This document shows, piece after piece, positions 1 through 7,196 of a stretch of DNA of 64,000 nt. The position numbers and the translations under genes are program-made. This DNA comes from Candidatus Stercoripulliclostridium sp. (lineage in GTDB: Bacteria; Bacillota; Clostridia; Christensenellales; DTU072), in assembly GCA_045577735.1 (NCBI GenBank), contig JAZNIY010000017.1, positions 6,972-70,971 of the forward strand. The letters are read 5' to 3'. The notes below the pieces were generated by a model. That model searched no databases, was not told the origin of the DNA, and saw only the letters and a program-made list of their open reading frames with translations. Position 1 is the stretch's first letter; every line of letters starts with the position of its first letter.

Positions 1-64
1 CATAATAATTATATCACACGCGCGCGAATTTGCAAATACTTTTTTAAATAAAGTTGCTTATTCC

Positions 65-760
65 CTATTTTTTACTTTTATTTATCAAAAAAGAAATGAG
101 CGCCTCTGCCGTAGGCTCCTCCAAATCTATAAAATGAACCCCTTTCCCTATGCTGTCTAGGGTGTGGGCATCGCTGTCGTGCAAAATAAAAATATTGTCG
201 ACTTCGTGCGCGTTGTCACCATCGCAAGAGTATTCCACGGCGTGATAATACGGCGGTATTCCACCTAGCATTGCTATCATTCCAAAGGAATCCCTATCAA
301 CGTGCGCAGGCACGCATACGCCCCCGTATCTTAACGCAAGAGCATATGCTTCGCTTTCCGAAATCTCGGCACTTGTTAAAAGTAGACTGTCCTCGACCTC
401 CACTATCTCGTCGTCGGAATTAATGACAAGTTGTCTGCCGAAGATGTCCTCCCTGTTTTTTAGGTCGGTAAAATTAATCTTTTTGTGGAAGGCGCGTAAC
501 CTATCAAAGTCGGGAAACAAACACAGCAAATGGAGGTCTTCGTTCGTTTGTAATTCAAAGGCCGGTACTACGGTAATTCCCAATGCCTCGCCAACCTCCA
601 TTCCGGCTTCCACGTTTTTAATTGCGTTATGGTCTGCTATCGCTAGAATATCTATTCCAAGCGCGCTACAAGTGGCAACGATATTGACCGGAGTCATATC
701 ATCGTCTGCACAAGGCGAAAGCGCGCTATGGATGTGTAAATCGTAGCGATATTTAGCCAT
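65..760 (-). CDS. PHP-domain metal-dependent phosphoesterase
   Basis: 231-aa ORF. The N-terminal DLHIHS...ADHN pattern is typical of the PHP fold. It is the last gene of the hydrogenase-like sensor cluster. Confidence 0.75.
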   Translation of the reverse strand: MAKYRYDLHIHSALSPCADDDMTPVNIVATCSALGIDILAIADHNAIKNVEAGMEVGEALGITVVPAFELQTNEDLHLLCLFPDFDRLRAFHKKINFTDLKNREDIFGRQLVINSDDEIVEVEDSLLLTSAEISESEAYALALRYGGVCVPAHVDRDSFGMIAMLGGIPPYYHAVEYSCDGDNAHEVDNIFILHDSDAHTLDSIGKGVHFIDLEEPTAEALISFLINKSKK

Positions 761-762
761 TT

Positions 763-1083
763 TTATAGTCCACTCTTCTTGACGGCATCAAAAACGGTAT
801 AATCCGTTGTAATGCAATTTATGCCAACGTCTTTGACCTTCTTGTCAAGCAACGGGTCGGGCTTAACGCCGTCGCATAGTATGATTATGCCGACGTCGGT
901 GAGCGTTGCAACCGCCGCCACGTTTTGGTTGTTCATAATGGTAAACCATCCTGCGTTTTCGGGCGCCTTGCCCATTACAACGGAAAGGAAATCTCCACAA
1001 TATCCACCCTCGATTTCTCTGTCTACGTCGGCAATATTTACTATGTCTGCTTCAAGATTTTTAATTAAACTATTTATTTTCAT
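763..1083 (-). CDS. DRTGG-domain protein
   Basis: 106-aa ORF. It overlaps the upstream hydrogenase-like gene by 14 nt and is a paralog-like partner of 2754-3110. Confidence 0.6.
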   Translation of the reverse strand: MKINSLIKNLEADIVNIADVDREIEGGYCGDFLSVVMGKAPENAGWFTIMNNQNVAAVATLTDVGIIILCDGVKPDPLLDKKVKDVGINCITTDYTVFDAVKKSGL

Positions 1084-2311
1084 CTTTCAATTGTTGACAC
1101 TTATCTATAGTTGTTTCTCCAAGCACAACGTCCTCGGCAAAGGCCCTACAACTGGGCGCTCCACATTGACCACAGTCGAGTTGGGGTAAAGTTGCGTAAA
1201 CCTCTTCTATCTCTCTCATCTTCTTGAGAGCTAGCCCAAAGTCTTCGTCCAAACGGAATATATCCTTAACTTCCGGCTCGTGGTCCCAATGGAAGAATTC
1301 TTCGTCAAATTCGTTGACGTTAAGGGCATTCCTCATAGGCTCCAATCTGTGCCTAAACGAGCGCAATCTTGCTCTTGCTGCAAAGGGGTTTTCCACGTTC
1401 AAAACACCACCTACACAGCCGGACGTACAAGCACCCAGCTCGACGAAGTCTATGTAGGACAAGGCATCGTTTTCCATTTCTCGCAGGACGTTCATAACGT
1501 TTTCTACGCCGTCTGCAGCAAGATACTTGTCGTTATCTATTCCCAAACACTCTCCACCACTAGCAGCCCAACGCAAGCCAAGCATGCCCGTCTTAGAAAG
1601 CTGTTTAACCTCTTTGATTTTGGGAAGTACGGGTAATAGCTTAAAGTATACTTCGCTAATGGAAAGCACGCCGTCTGCCACAGCCTTAGCGCTCGTAATG
1701 GGATTTTTAAGGGCAAAGCCCTTAGCGGGACAAGGTGAGATGAAGAAAACGCCAATATCTTCTTCCGGGATACCCTTTTGTAATGCTTGCTCACGCGCTA
1801 GTTTTAGTGCAACTTCAGCGGGCGCAACAAGGTCTATAACGTGGTCGGCAAGACCTTTGTAACGCATATAAATTAATTCCACGACTGCAGGACAGGCACT
1901 GGAAATAATGGGCTTCTTTAGTTTGCCACTAGCAAGAAGCTCGCGCGTTTTTTCGCTTATGAGTTCTGCCCCTACCGACACTTCGTAAACGTCGTCAAAG
2001 CCAATTTCCAATAACCCGGTGAGAATTAAATCCACCGACTTCAAGTTGTTAAATTGACCGAACAACGATGGTGCCGGCACGGCAATTTTATACTTGTAGT
2101 CGAATATCTTGTCAAAGCTGTCGTATATGGGTAATTTTGCTTGGTGTGGGCACATTCTTACGCATTCGCCACAGCCAATGCACCTATCGTATATAACCCT
2201 AGCTTTGCCACCACGCACTCTTATTGCCTCGGTGGGACAACGCTTCATGCAAGATATACATCCTTTACATTTGTCACGGTCAAGCATAACCGTGTGGATA
2301 CTCTTATCCAT
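1070..2311 (-). CDS. [FeFe]-hydrogenase-like Fe-S protein (putative sensory type)
   Basis: Two N-terminal CxxCxxCxxxCP ferredoxin motifs. H-cluster-like motifs SSACPAV, SPCPAKG and ACTSGCVGG. C-terminal CGQCGAPSC Fe-S motif. Confidence 0.75.
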   Translation of the reverse strand: MDKSIHTVMLDRDKCKGCISCMKRCPTEAIRVRGGKARVIYDRCIGCGECVRMCPHQAKLPIYDSFDKIFDYKYKIAVPAPSLFGQFNNLKSVDLILTGLLEIGFDDVYEVSVGAELISEKTRELLASGKLKKPIISSACPAVVELIYMRYKGLADHVIDLVAPAEVALKLAREQALQKGIPEEDIGVFFISPCPAKGFALKNPITSAKAVADGVLSISEVYFKLLPVLPKIKEVKQLSKTGMLGLRWAASGGECLGIDNDKYLAADGVENVMNVLREMENDALSYIDFVELGACTSGCVGGVLNVENPFAARARLRSFRHRLEPMRNALNVNEFDEEFFHWDHEPEVKDIFRLDEDFGLALKKMREIEEVYATLPQLDCGQCGAPSCRAFAEDVVLGETTIDKCQQLKDENK

Positions 2312-2331
2312 AATAACTCCTTACCTATCTA

Positions 2332-2757
2332 TTAGGAAAAGTTAACGACCATAGTAACGGTAGTACCCTTACCAACCTCACTTTCAAGCTTAAACTCGTC
2401 GGTATATTTTTTCATGTTAGGTAGTCCCATACCTGCTCCGAAACCAAGATCACGAATGGAATCGGTTGCCGTGGAATAACCCTCGGTCAATGCAAGGTCA
2501 ATATCGGGGATACCCGGGCCGTTATCTTTTAGTACGATAACAATCTTATCGCGATAAATATCAACTATGGCTCGCCCACCGCCTGCGTGGATAACCATAT
2601 TGATTTCACCCTCGTACATAGCAATTGCAACCTTTCTTATCGAGGCGGTGCTAACTCCAAGCATCTTCAAGGTCTTTTTGACTTCGTCGGATGCTCCACC
2701 GGCCGACACGAAATTGTTGCCAGCTACTTCAAATTCCAGATGTAACGCTTCACTCAT
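2332..2757 (-). CDS. Small GHKL ATPase / anti-sigma-type Ser kinase-like protein
   Basis: 141 aa with an N-box-like EGEINMVIHA and G-boxes DNGPGI and GFGAGMGL. Confidence 0.7.
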   Translation of the reverse strand: MSEALHLEFEVAGNNFVSAGGASDEVKKTLKMLGVSTASIRKVAIAMYEGEINMVIHAGGGRAIVDIYRDKIVIVLKDNGPGIPDIDLALTEGYSTATDSIRDLGFGAGMGLPNMKKYTDEFKLESEVGKGTTVTMVVNFS

Positions 2758-3110
2758 ACCGTTTCTTGATCACCGGCAATAAGTCCGTTCTTATAAAGTA
2801 CCCCACAGGCCGAGTACATGCGATAATCACTAGAGATGATTGCAATACCCTTTTGTTTTGCAATTGCAATCATATCGCTGGTAGGAACTTTACCACGTAC
2901 AAGTACGATGCACTTAATGTCCATCATATCGGCAGTACGGACTACTTGTGGATTGCATAGTCCGGAAATTAGTAGCGCTTGATCCTTAACGAAAGCAAGT
3001 ACGTCGCTCATCATATCGGATGCGCAAGCAGAGATTAATTCCATATCAAATTGGTCCTCTCCGCAATAAACTTTGGCGTTCAAAAGTTCGACAATGTCTT
3101 TGAGTTTCAT
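2754..3110 (-). CDS. DRTGG-domain protein
   Basis: 118 aa. Its 4-nt overlap with the downstream GHKL gene suggests translational coupling. Confidence 0.6.
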   Translation of the reverse strand: MKLKDIVELLNAKVYCGEDQFDMELISACASDMMSDVLAFVKDQALLISGLCNPQVVRTADMMDIKCIVLVRGKVPTSDMIAIAKQKGIAIISSDYRMYSACGVLYKNGLIAGDQETV

Positions 3111-3147
3111 TTTATCCTCACGAAAAAATTAATTTTTACTTTTTTGA

Positions 3148-3876
3148 TTATCTTGGGTATATTCTTCCCATAGCGCGTTTGTGTTCTGCACGTTTTTCCG
3201 CGCTATCGACCTTTTCTCTCACTTCTTTAGTGGCATCCCCCGTCAAAAGATAGGTGTCCAGCTCTTTGTAGGTTATGCCCATGTCTTGCTCGTCGGTTTG
3301 ACCTTCAAAAAGTCCTGCCGACGGTGCCTTTTCCACAATACATCTTGGGCAATCAAGGTAATATAGTAGTTCCAAAACCTCGGTAGCAGTCAAATCTCCA
3401 ATGGGATTAAAGTCGCAAGCACCATCGCCCCATTTGGTAAAGTAACCCATGGTGATTTCCGAGCGATTGCCCGTACCTGCAACAAGATATCCCTTGCGTT
3501 GTGCGTAGTTATAGAGGGTAATCATGCGAAGCCTTGGGTTTACGTTAGCGTATGCCATGGGCGTTTGGGATTCGTCCAAAGGCTCTAGTATTTTTTCAAG
3601 TGCTTCTTTTGCGGGAGTCAAGTCGGCTTCCAGCACTTTAATATCGTACTGCTCGCAAACAAGCAAACCGTGCTCGCGATCCTCCCCATAATTGCGTTTG
3701 GATTGACAAGGCATTATTATACCGGTTACATTTGGCGTTGCCATACGGCAAAGGATACCTACCAAAACGGAGTCTTTACCACCGCTCATACCAAGAACGA
3801 TGCCCTTTGCACCACTCTCTTCGAGTAGATCCTTTATCCACCTTACACGTGACATTACTATCTTCTCGTAATCCAT
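3148..3876 (-). CDS. nadE: NH3-dependent NAD+ synthetase
   Basis: 242 aa with the SGGKDS PP-loop motif. Confidence 0.85.
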   Translation of the reverse strand: MDYEKIVMSRVRWIKDLLEESGAKGIVLGMSGGKDSVLVGILCRMATPNVTGIIMPCQSKRNYGEDREHGLLVCEQYDIKVLEADLTPAKEALEKILEPLDESQTPMAYANVNPRLRMITLYNYAQRKGYLVAGTGNRSEITMGYFTKWGDGACDFNPIGDLTATEVLELLYYLDCPRCIVEKAPSAGLFEGQTDEQDMGITYKELDTYLLTGDATKEVREKVDSAEKRAEHKRAMGRIYPR

Positions 3877-3885
3877 AGTTGCTCC

Positions 3886-4560
3886 TTATATATTCTTTAT
3901 TTGCCAATCGATGGATTGCTTGCCCAACTTGGATAATATTGCGTTTGCTTTGGAAAAATGCCTGCATCCAAAGAAGCCGTTGTACGCTGACAAGGGCGAT
4001 GGATGGACGGTTTCCAATATAAAATGCTGTGGGTTGGTTATTAGTGCTTTTTTTGCGCGTGCAGGCGAGCCCCATAGCAAGAATATTACGGGGTCACTTC
4101 TGTCGTTTAACGCCTTTATGACGTTGTCGGTAACCTGCTCCCATCCCTTGCCTTTGTGCGAAAGAGGTGCGTTTTTCCTAACCGTCAGTACGGTGTTAAG
4201 AAGCAGTACGCCCTGCTTTGCCCAGTCAACGAGATAGCCGTTATTTGGTATATACGTACCCAAATCGGCGTTCAATTCCTTGTAAATGTTCATTAACGAG
4301 GGTGGGATTTTAATACCGGGCTTAACGGAAAAACACATTCCGTGCGCTTCGCCGGGATTGTGGTATGGGTCTTGTCCCAAAATCACGATTTTTACGTTTT
4401 CATAAGAGGTGGTTTTAAGCGCGTTAAAAATGTCGTGCATATCGGGATAGATTACACGATTGCGATATTCACTAATTAAAAATTCTCTTAAATTGAGATA
4501 TCCCTCCCCTTCAAAGGTGCTTTTGAGGATGACGTCCCAATCGTTTCCTAGGTTAACCAT
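3886..4560 (-). CDS. ung: Uracil-DNA glycosylase
   Basis: 224 aa with GQDPYH and HPSPLSA motifs. Confidence 0.92.
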   Translation of the reverse strand: MVNLGNDWDVILKSTFEGEGYLNLREFLISEYRNRVIYPDMHDIFNALKTTSYENVKIVILGQDPYHNPGEAHGMCFSVKPGIKIPPSLMNIYKELNADLGTYIPNNGYLVDWAKQGVLLLNTVLTVRKNAPLSHKGKGWEQVTDNVIKALNDRSDPVIFLLWGSPARAKKALITNPQHFILETVHPSPLSAYNGFFGCRHFSKANAILSKLGKQSIDWQIKNI

Positions 4561-4606
4561 AGTTATATTTTACAACACGCACGCGTGTGTGTCAATAGCC
4601 AATATT

Positions 4607-4969
4607 TTAGCCCACCTTACCCCTAGGCGTTAGAATTTCACAAATATAGCTTGCTCCCATAAGCATAACTTCTTGAACGAATTTATTGATAATACGATAA
4701 TAAATTATCTTTCCCTCCCTTCTAAAAGCAACCATACCTGCGTCACGAAGTATCTTTAATTGATGGGAAACGGTGGTTTGATTAAGGTCCAAAATGGTGG
4801 AAATATCGCTTACGCAAAGCTCTTCAACGGAGAGCGCAGAGAGCATTTTAAGGCGCGTTACGTCACCGAAAACGGAAAAGAAATTCGCCATATCGGCAAG
4901 GTCTGCGTTCGAGGGCAAATAATGATGTATGGTGGAAAGGGTTTCTAAATCAACAAGCAAGGAATTCAT
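4607..4969 (-). CDS. ArsR/SmtB-family transcriptional regulator
   Basis: Winged HTH (LNQTTVSHQLKILRDAGMV) and a degenerate ELCVSD metal motif. I placed the start at MNSLL (4969), which follows an AAGGAAA RBS, rather than at the ORF-track start of 5026. Confidence 0.8.
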   Translation of the reverse strand: MNSLLVDLETLSTIHHYLPSNADLADMANFFSVFGDVTRLKMLSALSVEELCVSDISTILDLNQTTVSHQLKILRDAGMVAFRREGKIIYYRIINKFVQEVMLMGASYICEILTPRGKVG

Positions 4970-5062
4970 GTTTATTTCCTTTTTTCTTTGATTATAAAAG
5001 TGTAACAAAGAAGAAAGTTCAGGCATATTGTAAAGTAACCACTTAATTTGTCGGAGGTAAAT

Positions 5063-5227
5063 ATGTTTGGAAATAGCACGCTTGCTTTATTGCTTATAGT
5101 ATTATGTTGTGGAGGCTGTGGAAACGATGCCCTTTGTGGCAACAACCAATGCCTTGCCCTACTACTTATAGTGTTGTGTTGCGGAGGCTGTGGGAATAAC
5201 AATTCACTTGGCTTTACGGAAACGTAA
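5063..5227 (+). CDS. Small Cys-rich hydrophobic protein (54 aa) with an internal tandem repeat LALLLIVLCCGGCGN
   Basis: ATG at 5063 follows GGAGG (5053-5057) with a 5-nt spacer. Sequence: MFGNSTLALLLIVLCCGGCGNDALCGNNQCLALLLIVLCCGGCGNNNSLGFTET. The two repeat copies differ mostly by changes that are synonymous in this frame. It is below the length cut-off of the ORF track. Confidence 0.6.
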   Translation: MFGNSTLALLLIVLCCGGCGNDALCGNNQCLALLLIVLCCGGCGNNNSLGFTET

Positions 5228-5293
5228 ACGAAAATATACATACCATTGCGTAAGCAACGTAAATCAAAAAACATAGGTGGGGGGAATATTTCT

Positions 5294-5384
5294 CTTCTCT
5301 ATCCTCCCCCTATTCTACGTTACCCTACGCTTACCTACCCTCCCCTATACTATCCTTATCTCTACTCCCCTTACCTATACTATC
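5294..5384. repeat. G-depleted tract of pentamer-periodic CTNNN (+) / NNNAG (-) units
   Basis: 14 of 15 consecutive pentamers in 5310-5384 start with CT. Three more follow after a 1-nt phase slip (5294-5308). Only 2 G occur in 5291-5395. Confidence 0.8.
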
Positions 5385-5416
5385 CTGGGGCGCAAAAAGT
5401 ACGTCTTTAGGACAAC

Positions 5417-5449
5417 TTTTTTGCGTCTTTTTTGCGTCTTTTTTGCGTA
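5417..5449. repeat. Three tandem copies of the 11-bp unit TTTTTTGCGTC
   Basis: Read directly as ttttttgcgtc ttttttgcgtc ttttttgcgta. Confidence 0.9.
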
Positions 5450-5639
5450 GTTTTGTACACGTTTTTGATTTATTATATCTTGCAAAAATGGTAATATTCT
5501 TGCCTTTTCCTTGACTTTTTAAGCAAAACATATTAGTTTTTCAGTTGACAAATTTTTATTCAAAATGCTTAAGTTTTTTCATTTTGTCAAACATTTTTAG
5601 AACGTCTTTCGTTCAAGTTGCAAACAAGGATTTATTTAA

Positions 5640-5730
5640 GTGCGGAATGCGGAGCAACGCTTGCGCGAGTGCGGAGTGCGGAGCGCGGAACAGCCTTACG
5701 GAGTGCGGAGTGCGGAATGCGGAACGCGGA
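5640..5730. repeat. Heptamer repeat block (NNGCGGA), 10 GGA motifs
   Basis: gtgcgga/atgcgga/gcgcgga/acgcgga units interrupted by gcaacgcttgcgcga and acagccttacgga. Blocks of 41 nt and 27 nt are identical to locus 48781-48855. Confidence 0.9.
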
Positions 5731-5863
5731 ACGACCTCATTTCGCTTACGCTTCACTCACAAGGATAGATTTTTGTTTATGGTTTCCTCTTACTTTTCCT
5801 AGACAGGTCGCCAAAAAACCTTATTATTCAGTTTGAGTTTACTCGCACCAGTTTTAGAATACG

Positions 5864-5990
5864 GTAGACTTCGTTTTTTGGATGAGATACGAACAAAAGA
5901 AAATCTCCCAAGGGGAGTGTACTAAGGCGTACATGACCCGAAGGGAGACTTTTAGTTTTGTGAAGTAGGTCGCCAAAAAACAAAGTCTAC
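5864..5990. repeat. Long-hairpin intergenic repeat unit A1 (127 nt; terminal-stem type 2, core type I)
   Basis: Arms GTAGACTTCGTTTTTTGG and CCAAAAAACAAAGTCTAC are complementary with one mismatch. The apical hairpin is homologous to units at 49301 and 57941. Confidence 0.85.
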
Positions 5991-6532
5991 TTTAAGTTTT
6001 TGGTAATACGCTCCACATACGGCACACTCCAATGATATCCCCAAAGTAGTAATGCATCGTATATAATGAATACGGCAACGAAAAGAAGGTTTAAAAGGAA
6101 ATAAAGGAGTCCTTTGTTCTCCATGGATATATTGAGGGCACTAAAGTTAACGAAGAAAATATCGGTAAGATAGTAAAGGACAAAGAATACGAAACAAGCA
6201 TAAACTACCTTTATGGGGTAGGATATAAACCACTTGATCTTGTCTTTGTGGTCATCTATAACAATGGTAACAATGGTATAGAAACCACCTACCAAAACAA
6301 AGGGTAAAATATGAATATTAGCAAAAATACCGCCAAGCGCACAAACAGCTACGTAAGACAATATTGCTTCACGATAGTATTTTTGCGTAAGCGGTAGCAT
6401 TATCCCAACCGAGGCGAGTAAGTTAAAAGACATACTCAAGTTGGGAATATAGAATGATAAAATTATTGCAACAAGCGATATCGCCGAAGATATTCCGGCA
6501 AGCGCTATTCTCTTTGATGAAAATCTCTTCAC
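5987..6532 (-). CDS. Multi-pass membrane protein, unknown function
   Basis: 181 aa with about 5 hydrophobic segments. It is the last gene of the trpS-DUF5685-J-like operon. Confidence 0.6.
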   Translation of the reverse strand: MKRFSSKRIALAGISSAISLVAIILSFYIPNLSMSFNLLASVGIMLPLTQKYYREAILSYVAVCALGGIFANIHILPFVLVGGFYTIVTIVIDDHKDKIKWFISYPIKVVYACFVFFVLYYLTDIFFVNFSALNISMENKGLLYFLLNLLFVAVFIIYDALLLWGYHWSVPYVERITKNLK

Positions 6533-6533
6533 T

Positions 6534-7196
6534 TTAACAACAGGAAATCAAATCTCCACCCATACATTCGCAACAGCAGTCTGCGCAAATTAGTCCTTGA
6601 CAGCAATCACATGGGGTAACACCACCGTGATTGCGACCATCGTACCCGTCGTCACGGTAGGAACGTCTGTTTTCACCACCCTCTCCGTTGTCTCTATACG
6701 CATAGAAACCTTGGGTTTGAGGTCTGCCCACTCTTTCTTGCATGCGATTGTAAGCTTCGGAATAGGTGGCGTTGCCGGGCTCTATTACGGTAGCCGTTTT
6801 AAGATGTTCAAGCGCTTCATAGTTCTTTCCGGTGCCGGCAAAAACTATAGATTGTAGGAAGTGCCATCTTGCTCCCCTAATCTTAATTGCTTCTAACTTT
6901 TCTTGTGCAATAGAGTATTGCTTGTCCCTAACAAGACGGTCAATTTCCACGTATTCGTCTTCGCTTGTGGGCTCTACGACTTCGGGAATAATGACCTCCT
7001 TTGCACACAAAATGTCCTCTGCATCCCTGTAGGCTTGCTCAATTTCATCAAGGCGTTCACAAGCATATGCGCCCTCGTCGCCGGGTGCAAATCTCTTGTT
7101 TTCCCATTGCTTACGTGCATTCTTGTATGCCTCATAAAGCTCGTTTTGGGATACCGATTCAGTTACTCCAAGTATCATAAAAGGGTCTTTTTGCAT
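6534..7196 (-). CDS. J-like domain protein with a Cys-rich C-terminus
   Basis: The N-terminal DPFMILGV...AYK pattern resembles a J domain, but FAPGD replaces HPD. The C-terminal CDCCQGLICADCCCECMGGDLISCC has 11 Cys. Confidence 0.65.
   Translation of the reverse strand: MQKDPFMILGVTESVSQNELYEAYKNARKQWENKRFAPGDEGAYACERLDEIEQAYRDAEDILCAKEVIIPEVVEPTSEDEYVEIDRLVRDKQYSIAQEKLEAIKIRGARWHFLQSIVFAGTGKNYEALEHLKTATVIEPGNATYSEAYNRMQERVGRPQTQGFYAYRDNGEGGENRRSYRDDGYDGRNHGGVTPCDCCQGLICADCCCECMGGDLISCC

Noticed and set aside
3776-4075. 99-aa minus-strand ORF bridging nadE and ung.
   Set aside because: It is out of frame and overlaps two well-supported genes.
4972-5274. 100-aa minus-strand ORF with a repeated FPQPPQHNTIS.
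   Set aside because: It is antisense to the Cys-rich ORF, and the wobble positions of the two frames coincide, so part of the repeat looks conserved in this frame too. However, the Leu-codon differences between the repeat copies are non-synonymous here. It also has no RBS (its context is CCCCCCACCTATG) and would run into the arsR start.
5331-5531. 66-aa minus-strand ORF.
   Set aside because: It spans the pentamer tract and the T-tract repeats. Its composition is low-complexity and basic, and it has no RBS. It is most likely non-coding.
5545-5836. Plus-strand ORFs of 85 and 72 aa across the heptamer block.
   Set aside because: They are products of the 7-nt repeat, giving AECGVRN-like strings. 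They have no RBS, and the same DNA at 48781-48855 is not in an equivalent ORF.
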